Shown here in pieces: positions 36,878 through 45,246 of a stretch of DNA of 64,000 nt. The stretch is from Bryobacterales bacterium (GTDB taxonomy: Bacteria > Acidobacteriota > Terriglobia > Bryobacterales > Bryobacteraceae). Location of the stretch: assembly GCA_963732175.1 (NCBI GenBank), contig CAVSYF010000002.1:136564-200563 (forward strand), written 5' to 3'. Position numbers and translations under genes: made by a program. A model generated the notes under the pieces. The model was not told the origin of the DNA. It did no database searches and saw only the letters and a list, made by a program, of their open reading frames with translations. How positions within the stretch are numbered: the stretch's first letter is position 1; each line of letters opens with the position of its first letter.

Positions 36878-37650
36878 GACAGCAAAGCCCGCAGCGCTTG
36901 GGCGGGGTCGCCCGATTTCATCAAATGCTCACCGACCAGAAACGCATCGTAGCCCGCCTCGCGCAGCCGTTGAACATCATTTGCCGAATGGATGCCGCTC
37001 TCGGCGATTTTGAGGACCCCCGCTGGAATCTGTTCGGCGAGCTGCAGCGCGGTATTGAGATCCACCTGGAACGTATGAAGATTGCGATTGTTCACGCCGA
37101 TGACCCGAGCGCCGGACGCAAGGGCGAGCTTTAACTCCTCGGCGTCATGCACCTCCACTAACGCCGTCATATGATATCGCTCGGCGAGCTCTCTAAACTC
37201 CCTCATCTGGCGCTCGGAAAGAATGGCGGCTATCAGAAGAATGGCATCCGCGCCGTGCGCTGCAGCCTCCTCCACGTGGTAGCGATCGACCGTGAAATCC
37301 TTGCGCAATACCGGAACGTCAGTGGCTGCCCGCGCCGATTCCAGATCTGACAAGCAGCCTAGGAAATGTTTCTGTTCGGTCAATACCGAAAGCGCGGAAG
37401 CGCCACCCTCCTGGTAGGCCCGCGCAATCGAGGCAGGGTGGAACTCCTCCGCCAGGACGCCCTTGCTCGGCGAAGCCTTCTTGATCTCTGCGATGATCGC
37501 GGGCCGGCGTTTCAGCAGCGCCGCTGTAAAATCCCGCCGCCTCGAGATCGAGGCTACCGCTCGCTGTTCCAGACCGTCCGCGCGCGGGCCGAGTTCCTGC
37601 TTTTTTTGCTCGACAATTTGAGCCAGGATGTCTGGAATGGCCTTCAGCAT
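36874..37650 (-). CDS. trpC: indole-3-glycerol phosphate synthase
   Basis: 258-aa ORF with IAEIKKASPSKG, LRKDFTVD, VEVHD and IGVNNRNL. It overlaps the trpF start by 4 nt. Confidence 0.95.
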   Translation of the reverse strand: MLKAIPDILAQIVEQKKQELGPRADGLEQRAVASISRRRDFTAALLKRRPAIIAEIKKASPSKGVLAEEFHPASIARAYQEGGASALSVLTEQKHFLGCLSDLESARAATDVPVLRKDFTVDRYHVEEAAAHGADAILLIAAILSERQMREFRELAERYHMTALVEVHDAEELKLALASGARVIGVNNRNLHTFQVDLNTALQLAEQIPAGVLKIAESGIHSANDVQRLREAGYDAFLVGEHLMKSGDPAQALRALLS

Positions 37651-37702
37651 GTGCGGGAAAATCCATTGTAGCGCGCTCCCGCGCCTGTTAACCTAAACGG
37701 CG

Positions 37703-39337
37703 ATGCTACTCTCGCACTCCGGCATGGGGCGGAACTACGGCCGCTCCATGGTCATCTCGCAACAGGGAATCGTGGCTACCAGTCACACGCTGGCTTCGCA
37801 GGCCGGCGCGCAGATCCTCGCTCAGGGTGGTTCCGCGGTCGATGCGGCCATAGCCGCTAACGCATCCCTCGGCGTGATCGAGCCGATGATGAACGGAATC
37901 GGCGGCGACCTGTTTGTGCTCTATTGGGATGCGAAAACTGGAGAGCTGGCCGGGTTGAACGCCTCCGGACCTGCGCCGCGCGGCCTATCGCCGGCGTTTC
38001 TGGCGGGCCACGGGGTGACGACCATGCCTCCGTTCGGAATCCACAGCGTCACCGTTCCGGGCGCCGTGGACGGATGGGCCAAAATGCATGAGCGTTACGG
38101 AAAACTTCCGTGGCAGCAGCTTTTCGAATCCGCCACCGCCTTCGCCGAGCGCGGATTTCCGGTCACGGAGGCACTAGAGGAACTGTGGGCGATGCCTGCT
38201 TCCTTGGACCGCCTGGCGACTCATCCGGAGTCCACCAGCGTCTTTCTGCCCGGCGGCAATGCCCCGCGGTTAGGCGAAGTCTTTCGCAACCCGGATCTGG
38301 CCCGCGCTCTTCGTCTGCTCGCTGAACAGGGACCGCGAGCGTTCTATGAAGGCGAGATCGCGGCTGCGATTCTCAACACCTCACAGCGCCTGGGCGGGAC
38401 CATGACTGCGGACGACTTGGCTGCGTTCTCGGCCGAGTGGGTAGCGCCCATCTCGATCGATTATCGCGGGTGGAAAATCCACGAATTGCCGCCGAACTGC
38501 CAGGGCATCGCCGCGCTCGAAATGCTGAACATCATGGAAACATTTCCGGCGACGCCTGACGGTCCGCTCACCGCGGCCGAGTTGCATAAACGCATCGAGG
38601 CCATGAAACTCGCATACTCCGATGTATACCGCTACAATGCGGACCCTCGTACGTGCGATGTGCCGACCGCCAAGCTGCTCTCCAAAGACTATGCGCGGAG
38701 ACGGGCCGCACTAATCGACCCGGCGAAAGCCAACCGCGAGGTTGTCTGCGGCGACGTATCCGGGAGCGACACGGTTTATTTGGCGGCCATCGATCGCGAC
38801 GGTAATATCGCGAGCTGGATTCAGAGCATCTATGGCAACTTCGGCTCGGGCGTTACCGTAGCCGGCATGGGGTTTGCGCTGCAAAATCGAGGGGCATGCT
38901 TCACGCTCGATCTCGGCCACCCGAACGTATTAGCCGGCGGTAAGCGGCCCTTTCACACCATCATCCCCGGTTTCATGCAGCGCGACGAATGGCACATCGG
39001 ATTCGGGATCATGGGCGCTCAGAATCAGCCGCTCGCGCAGGCGCAGTTTGTGTCCAACATCGTCGATTACGGCATGAACCTTCAGCACGCGCTGGAGACC
39101 CCGCGTTTCTTCACGAGCGCCCCTTTGAGCGGCGACGTCTCGATTGAATCGCGAGTGCCGGTGGCGGCCACAGAACGCCTGGCGGCGCTTGGCCACGGGA
39201 TCGAACGCGCGCGCGACTACACGCAGGAAGCCGGCCGCGGGCAAGCGGTCATGCACAATTCCAAGACCGCCGTAAACTATGCCGCCTCCGATCCGCGAAC
39301 CGACGGAGCCGCGATCCCCGAACCAACCAGGCTATAG
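37703..39337 (+). CDS. ggt: gamma-glutamyltransferase family protein (no obvious signal peptide)
   Basis: Intact 544-aa ORF. It has the Ntn-hydrolase Thr region SGSDTVYLAAIDRDGN, and also GGKRPFHTIIPG and MGAQNQPL. Confidence 0.85.
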   Translation: MLLSHSGMGRNYGRSMVISQQGIVATSHTLASQAGAQILAQGGSAVDAAIAANASLGVIEPMMNGIGGDLFVLYWDAKTGELAGLNASGPAPRGLSPAFLAGHGVTTMPPFGIHSVTVPGAVDGWAKMHERYGKLPWQQLFESATAFAERGFPVTEALEELWAMPASLDRLATHPESTSVFLPGGNAPRLGEVFRNPDLARALRLLAEQGPRAFYEGEIAAAILNTSQRLGGTMTADDLAAFSAEWVAPISIDYRGWKIHELPPNCQGIAALEMLNIMETFPATPDGPLTAAELHKRIEAMKLAYSDVYRYNADPRTCDVPTAKLLSKDYARRRAALIDPAKANREVVCGDVSGSDTVYLAAIDRDGNIASWIQSIYGNFGSGVTVAGMGFALQNRGACFTLDLGHPNVLAGGKRPFHTIIPGFMQRDEWHIGFGIMGAQNQPLAQAQFVSNIVDYGMNLQHALETPRFFTSAPLSGDVSIESRVPVAATERLAALGHGIERARDYTQEAGRGQAVMHNSKTAVNYAASDPRTDGAAIPEPTRL

Positions 39338-39360
39338 CATGCGGGCGCTGGGCTTGCCGG

Positions 39361-39891
39361 CTATTTCAATTTGTCGGCGATCTTGTCCAGGCCTGCTTGG
39401 GCGCAGGCCTCGTCCATGGGCCATCCGGGTGCGCCGCTCACTGCGATCGCACCGATGACGTCATTTCCAATCTTGATCGGAAGGCCGCCGCCCATCGCGA
39501 TGGTCCCTTCGATCGGCGGACTCGGCATGGTGCCTTCGGCCAGCGGGATGCTCCCAGCAGTCTTTTTGGACCATCCTTCCACCACGTCTTTGGAGGGGCG
39601 TCGATAGAGCAGCGCCGTATAGGCCTTCTTGTGCGCTACATCGAAGCGGTGCAGCATGGCGCCATCGTCCTGCATCGCGATGATGGTTCGGCCCGTGGCG
39701 TCGAGCACCGCGATGGCGCATTTGTAGTTCATCGAGCGGCATTTTTCGAGCGATCCCTGCGCCATGGCCATAGCCATATCGAGCGAAAGCGCTTTGTGAG
39801 TGAGCAGCCCTTGCTCGGCGCGCGAGATGGATGCGCCTGCGGCGACGAGCGCGATCAGGGCGGCTAGCGTCGCTAAACGAGTCTTGAACAT
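39361..39891 (-). CDS. GlcG/HbpS-like heme-binding (DUF336) protein with signal peptide
   Basis: 176-aa ORF with a signal peptide (LAALIALVAAGASISRA). The DUF336 core is GGGLPIKIGNDVIGAIAVSGAPG...DEACAQAGL. Confidence 0.8.
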   Translation of the reverse strand: MFKTRLATLAALIALVAAGASISRAEQGLLTHKALSLDMAMAMAQGSLEKCRSMNYKCAIAVLDATGRTIIAMQDDGAMLHRFDVAHKKAYTALLYRRPSKDVVEGWSKKTAGSIPLAEGTMPSPPIEGTIAMGGGLPIKIGNDVIGAIAVSGAPGWPMDEACAQAGLDKIADKLK

Positions 39892-39916
39892 TGAGGTTTC
39901 CTCCCGCGTTTCTGAT

Positions 39917-41496
39917 TCAGTCGATGTTGTCGTAGGCGACCAGCGTCAGAAAGTCGGGAAAATCCGCGCTGGTCATCATCTGCCCGAAGATTTTCGCCGC
40001 CTTGGCGAACTGGCCAGTGTTTTTGCCGACCTTGGCGAGTTGATCTTCGACAATCTGGTTGACCATCGGCGCCGTCACAGGACGGCCGTCGGTGAGCTTG
40101 GCGCCGTACTTCACCCATTGCCAGACCTGAGTGCGGCAGATCTCGGACGTGGCCGCGTCCTCCATCAGGTTGTAGATCGGAACGCAGCCGATGCCGCGCA
40201 GCCAAGCTTCGAGGTACTGAATCCCGACGTCGATATTCCAGCGCAGACCGGCTTCCGTGATGGTGCCGTCAGGTACGGCCAGCAGATCCTTGGCGGTCAC
40301 GTGCACCTCTTCGCGCTTGCGTAAGATCTGATTGGGGCCCTGCATGTACTCGTCGAAGATCTGCTTGGCGATCGGGACGAGTCCAGGATGCGCCACCCAG
40401 GTGCCGTCGTGGCCGGCCTTTACTTCGCGCAGCTTATCCTGACGAACCTTCTCCAGCGCCTGCTCGTTCGCCACGGGATCGTTCTTGATGGGTACCTGCG
40501 CCGCCATGCCGCCCATGGCATGAATGTTGCGGCGGTGGCAAGTTTGGATCAGCAGTTCGACGTACGACTTCAGAAAGTGCCGCTCCATCGTAACTTCGGC
40601 GCGGTTCGGCAGCACGAAATTCGGATGATTGCGGAACTTCTTAATGAAGCTGAAAATGTAATCCCAACGCCCGCAGTTCAGCCCCGACGAGTGTTCCCGC
40701 AACTCATACAGGATCTCGTCCATTTCGAAAGAGGCAAGAATTGTTTCGATAAGCACCGTGGCGCGAATCGTCCCGCGTGGGACTCCCAGCGAGTCCTGAG
40801 CGAAATTGAAAACATCGTTCCAGAGCCGGGCTTCGAGATGGCTTTCCAACTTCGGCAGATAGAAGTACGGGGCCGACCCGTTCAACATCGTCTGCCGGAC
40901 GTTATGGAAAAAGAACAGCCCGAAATCGAACAGCGATCCGGAGATCGGCTTGCCGCCGAGCAGAACATGCTTTTCGTTCAAGTGCCATCCGCGCGGGCGC
41001 ACCAGCAGCGTGGCAATCTTATCGTTCAGCTGGTAGCGCTTCCCCTCGGGACTGGTGAATTCGATGCTGCGGTTGATGGCATCGCGGACGTTGATCTGGC
41101 CGTCTACGTTGTTTTCCCAGGTCGGCGAATTGGCGTCTTCGAAGTCCGCCATGAACACGCTAGCGCCTGAGTTGAGCGCGTTGATCACCATCTTGCGGTC
41201 CACTGGGCCGGTGATCTCGACGCGCCGATCCATCAGATCGCGTGGGATCGGGGCAACGGTCCACTCCTTCTGGCGGATCTCGGCGGTCTCAGGTAGGAAG
41301 TCCGGGAAATGGCCGGCGTCGATCTCGGCCTGCCGCACTTTTCTGCGGGCGAGAAGCTCCTGCCGGCGGTCTTCAAACTCGGATGCCAGCTGCCCGACGA
41401 AGCGCAGCGCCTCGGGACTCAGGATCTCGGCCTGTGCCGGTTAACCGGCGCGGTGATTTGAAGGTCCGCGACACGGGATTGGGAAACAGTAGACAT
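39917..41496 (-). pseudogene. aceB: malate synthase A with one frameshift near 41437-41443
   Basis: ORF 39917..41338 (473 aa) carries the core ([42 protein letters not shown]). The upstream ATG at 41496 gives [19 protein letters not shown]. After a 1-nt slip this continues as [42 protein letters not shown] into the main frame. Confidence 0.9.
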
Positions 41497-41501
41497 AATG
41501 A

Positions 41502-42747
41502 TTATTCTCGCACTGCGGCGGCGCTGGCCATTTCGGCGCTGTGAACTTTGCGATGCGGCAGCGGCATTTTTCGTAAACCGATCGCCATCAGGGTGGAACA
41601 GAGGGCCAGTACAGCGCTGCCGTAGAACACCGCGCTCCAGGAGCCGGTCTTCTCAAAGATAAGCGCCGCAATGCCGCCGCCGACGATGGATGCGACGCCT
41701 TTCGTACTGTACATGAAGCCGTAATTCGAGCTCACGTTGCGCGGGCCGAAAAAGTCGGCTACGGCCGGCGGGAACAGCGAATAAACTTCGCCCCAGCTGA
41801 AGTACACCAGCGCCAGGCACACAATGAACGCCGTATCCGACGAGCGCCCCAGCGTCATGACGCTGGCCAGACACGCCGACTGGATCAGAAAAGCAATGGT
41901 CATGGTTTTCTCACGGCCCAAGTGGTCGGAAACCCATCCCCAAAACAGGCGCGAGGTTCCGTTCGCGATCGGGTTCAACGTGAGCGCAAACGTCAGCGCG
42001 ACTCGGCTGATTTTGAAACTGTCGGCCAGCGGAGCCACCTGCGCGGTCACCATCAGGCCGCCGATGCCCATCATGAGCATCATCATATAGAGAACGTAGA
42101 ATTGCGGCGTTTGCAGCATTTCGAGCGAATTGAAGGATTCGCTCTGGGTGCGAGCCGCTACCTTGGCCGCCTTTTTCACGGGAGGCGCCGCGTCGCGAGC
42201 CGGATCCTTCAGGAACTGCAGCTGCGCACATGATCAGCAACCCCTGTGTGATGCCGGTGTAAAGAAATGCCGTCCGGTAGTTAGCGACTCGCAGAATATG
42301 AGCAATGATCGGGATGAAAAGCGCGGCGCCAGAGCCAAACCCCGCGGTGATGAGACCCGCGGCCAGTCCTCGCTTGTCGGGAAACCATTTGATCCCAATC
42401 CCTACGGACCCGCAATACACCATCGCCGCTCCGAGGCCGGCCACCGTGTAGAAAAAATAGAGAGCCGACAGGGTGTGTACCCAGCCCAGCGTCGCCCAGC
42501 CGATGCCGCACAGTACTCCCGCGAAAGTGACATAGAGGCGGGGTCCGATCTTATCGACTATCCATCCCGTACATGGCATGAACCAGGTCTCGGCCGCGAT
42601 GAAGAACGTAAACGCCCACTGGACCTCGGAAAGTTTCCAATGATTGGCAGCTATGAGGGGCTTGACGAACAGGGTCCAAGAGTATTGAAGGTTGGCGATC
42701 ATGATCATCGCGACTACCGCCGCGGCCAACCGGAACCAGCGATTCAC
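41502..42747 (-). pseudogene. MFS transporter, oxalate/formate antiporter (OFA)-like, with one frameshift near 42218-42224
   Basis: A GTG at 42747 is preceded by AGGAGG and gives VNRWFRLAAAVVAMIMIANLQYSWTLFV... in the frame of ORF 41911..43176. The C-terminal six helices are in ORF 41502..42179. The junction reads ...GLLIMCAA / QFLKDPARDAAPPVKKAAKV... Confidence 0.8.
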
Positions 42748-43046
42748 CGTTTTCCTCCTAGAAGAACGCTCTCTAAGAGCCTCGTACAAGCATATACCGT
42801 TCGCGTGTGGGGCATCGCAACACCTAGACGTGCTCCCAGTTCGGCCACCGCGCCAACCACCGCCTCCAACTCGAACGGGCGGCCCGTTTCGAGGTCCTGC
42901 AGCATCGAGGTTTTGTGCTTGCCGATCTTCTCCGCTCCGGCGCTGCGCTGATCGATGGAAATCGGCATCTCGATTCCCAGCCGCGCCGCGACGGCCTCGA
43001 CTTCTTCCAGGATGCCGCGGACCACCGACGCCCCCGTCCCGTTCAT
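42744..43046 (-). pseudogene. C-terminal fragment of 2-dehydropantoate 2-reductase (PanE/ApbA_C domain only)
   Basis: The 100-aa ORF contains the ApbA_C hallmark KTSMLQDLETGRPFELEAVVGAVAELGARLGV. The ~200-aa Rossmann N-terminal domain is absent, and only 59 nt separate this ORF from the divergent EF-G gene. Its stop overlaps the MFS GTG start (GTGA). Confidence 0.6.
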
Positions 43047-43105
43047 GATTCTGTAACGATTGTGATAAGATCCCTTCTTGATAATCCAAACGGAGTGAAA
43101 ACAGG

Positions 43106-45202
43106 TTGAAAGTATACGAAGGAACCGATATCAGAAACGTCGCACTCATCGGCCACGGGCACTCCGGCAAGACCACCCTTGCAGCAGGGCTGCTTTATAC
43201 TTCCGGAGCCACCAATCGCCTGACGCGCGTCGATGAGGGCAATACCATCACGGATTTCGACGATGAAGAGGTGCAACGAAAAATAAGCATCTCCACAGCC
43301 CTGGCGTACGCCGAATGGGCGAAAAAGAAAATCAATCTGATCGATACCCCCGGCTTTAATATCTTCATCAACGACACCAAAGCCGCGCTGGCCGCTGCTG
43401 ATAGCGCGTTGGTTCTCATTGACGGCGTCGCCGGCGTCGAGGTGCAGACCGAGAAGGTATGGAGCTTCGCCGAAGAATTCCAGTTGCCGCGCGCAATTCT
43501 GATCAACAAGCTGGATCGCGAGCGATCCGACTTTAATCGAGCCCTGGCGAGCGCGCAGGAGTTCTTCGGCCGCACCGCCGTGCCGATTCAATTGCCGCTC
43601 GGATCGGAGAAGGATTTTAAGGGCGTGGTCGACCTGGTGCGGATGAAGTCCTACACGTATGCGAGCGACGGCGATGGGAAGGGCAAGGAGTCCGAAATTC
43701 CCGCTGGCATGGCGGAGGCGGCGCAGAAGGCCCATGAAACATTAGTCGAGATGGTCGCCGAAGGCAATGACGCGCTCCTGGAGGAATTTTTCGACAAGGG
43801 CACTTTACCGGTCGAACACATTCTCGATGGTTTGCGTCAGGCCGTCAACGAACTGCGAATCTATCCGGTTCTGTGCGGTTCCGGCCTGCATAACATCGGT
43901 TCCGATCTGATTCTCAATTTCATGGTCGAGAATTTCCCGGCGCCTACCGAGCACGCGCCGCTTTCGGGCAAGCTGAACGGCCAGGACGTACAACGTTCCA
44001 TCAAAGACACCGAGCCGGTGGCGGCATTCGTCTTCAAGACGGTTGCCGATCCCTTCGCCGGCCGCGTTACCTACTTCAAGGTGATTTCAGGCGTAGTGAA
44101 GAACGACGCCAATCTTATAAACGCGCGCTCTGGCGCCCTGGAACGCCTGGCGCATATCGGCGCGCTGGCCGGCAAGACGCTTCAGCCGGTCACCGAAATT
44201 AAGGCCGGCGATATCGGCGCGGTTGCCAAGCTCAAAGAGACCGTCACGGGCGACACTGTGGGCGACAAGGGCGCTCTCATCAGCTTTCCGGCCGTTCAGT
44301 TGCCTGAGCCTTCCATCGCCTTTGCGATCTCCGCCAAAAGCCGTCAGGATGAGGACCGGTTAGGCAACGCCATTCAACGGATACTCGAAGAAGACCAATC
44401 GCTTCGCTTTTACCGCGATCCCCAAACCAAGGAATTTCTGCTGGCGGGCAGCGGCCAGCAACACGTGGAGGTCATCGTCAGCCGCCTGAAGAAGCGCTAT
44501 GGCGTCGACGTCGAACTGAAGGCGCCCAAAATTCCTTACCGCGAGACCATCCGGGGCAAGGCCGACGTGCAGGGCCGCCACAAGAAACAGACCGGCGGCC
44601 ATGGGCAGTTCGGTGACTGCTGGATTCGCATGGAGCCGTTGCCGCGCGGCGGGAAATTCGAGTTCGCCAACGAAGTCTTCGGCGGTGCGATTCCGCGCAA
44701 TTTCATTCCGGCTGTAGAAAAAGGCATCGTCGAAGCCGCCGCCAATGGTTTCCTGGCCGGTTATCCCGTGGTCGATTTCAAAGTCACGGTTTACGACGGT
44801 TCCTATCACGACGTCGACTCGTCGGAAATGGCGTTCAAGCTGGCCGCGCGCAAGGCCTTCAAGGCCGCGATGCAGCAGGCCAAGCCTTCGTTGCTCGAAC
44901 CCATCATGAATGTCGAAGTCCAGGCCCCGGTCGAATATGCCGGCGATCTCATGGGCGACCTCAACGGCCGCCGCGGGCGCATCCAGGGCATGGACACCAA
45001 GGGCAGCACGCAGATCATTCGCGCGCAGGCGCCCATGGCGGAAATGCTGAGTTATCAAAACGACCTGATCTCGATGACGCAAGGGCGGGCGACATTTTCG
45101 ATGGAGTTCGATCATTACGATTACGTCCCGGCCTTGCAGGCGGACAAAATCATCGCAGCGGCCAAGGCCGCGAAGACCGGCGAAGAAGAGGAAGAAGAAT
45201 AG
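43106..45202 (+). CDS. elongation factor G paralog (EF-G2-like)
   Basis: Intact 698-aa ORF with a TTG start. GTPase motifs are GHGHSGKTT, DTPG and NKLD. EF-G domains II-V are present and the tail is poly-Glu. It is not located in a str/S10 ribosomal context. Confidence 0.9.
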   Translation: MKVYEGTDIRNVALIGHGHSGKTTLAAGLLYTSGATNRLTRVDEGNTITDFDDEEVQRKISISTALAYAEWAKKKINLIDTPGFNIFINDTKAALAAADSALVLIDGVAGVEVQTEKVWSFAEEFQLPRAILINKLDRERSDFNRALASAQEFFGRTAVPIQLPLGSEKDFKGVVDLVRMKSYTYASDGDGKGKESEIPAGMAEAAQKAHETLVEMVAEGNDALLEEFFDKGTLPVEHILDGLRQAVNELRIYPVLCGSGLHNIGSDLILNFMVENFPAPTEHAPLSGKLNGQDVQRSIKDTEPVAAFVFKTVADPFAGRVTYFKVISGVVKNDANLINARSGALERLAHIGALAGKTLQPVTEIKAGDIGAVAKLKETVTGDTVGDKGALISFPAVQLPEPSIAFAISAKSRQDEDRLGNAIQRILEEDQSLRFYRDPQTKEFLLAGSGQQHVEVIVSRLKKRYGVDVELKAPKIPYRETIRGKADVQGRHKKQTGGHGQFGDCWIRMEPLPRGGKFEFANEVFGGAIPRNFIPAVEKGIVEAAANGFLAGYPVVDFKVTVYDGSYHDVDSSEMAFKLAARKAFKAAMQQAKPSLLEPIMNVEVQAPVEYAGDLMGDLNGRRGRIQGMDTKGSTQIIRAQAPMAEMLSYQNDLISMTQGRATFSMEFDHYDYVPALQADKIIAAAKAAKTGEEEEEE

Positions 45203-45246
45203 GCCTGCGCCAAGTCAGTTGGGAAATGCGCTAGCATTTCTCAGGA

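Noticed and set aside
43043-45115. Minus-strand ORFs 43043-43735 (230 aa), 43195-43575 and 44360-45115 (251 aa)
   Set aside because: All are antisense to the intact EF-G paralog and lack motifs. These are shadow ORFs.
45223-45240. Hairpin GAAATGC-gcta-GCATTTC between the EF-G paralog and the permease gene, as a terminator
   Set aside because: It has only a 7-bp A/T-rich stem and no following T-tract, and it sits 6 nt from the permease ATG. That is too weak to call either a terminator or a regulatory element.
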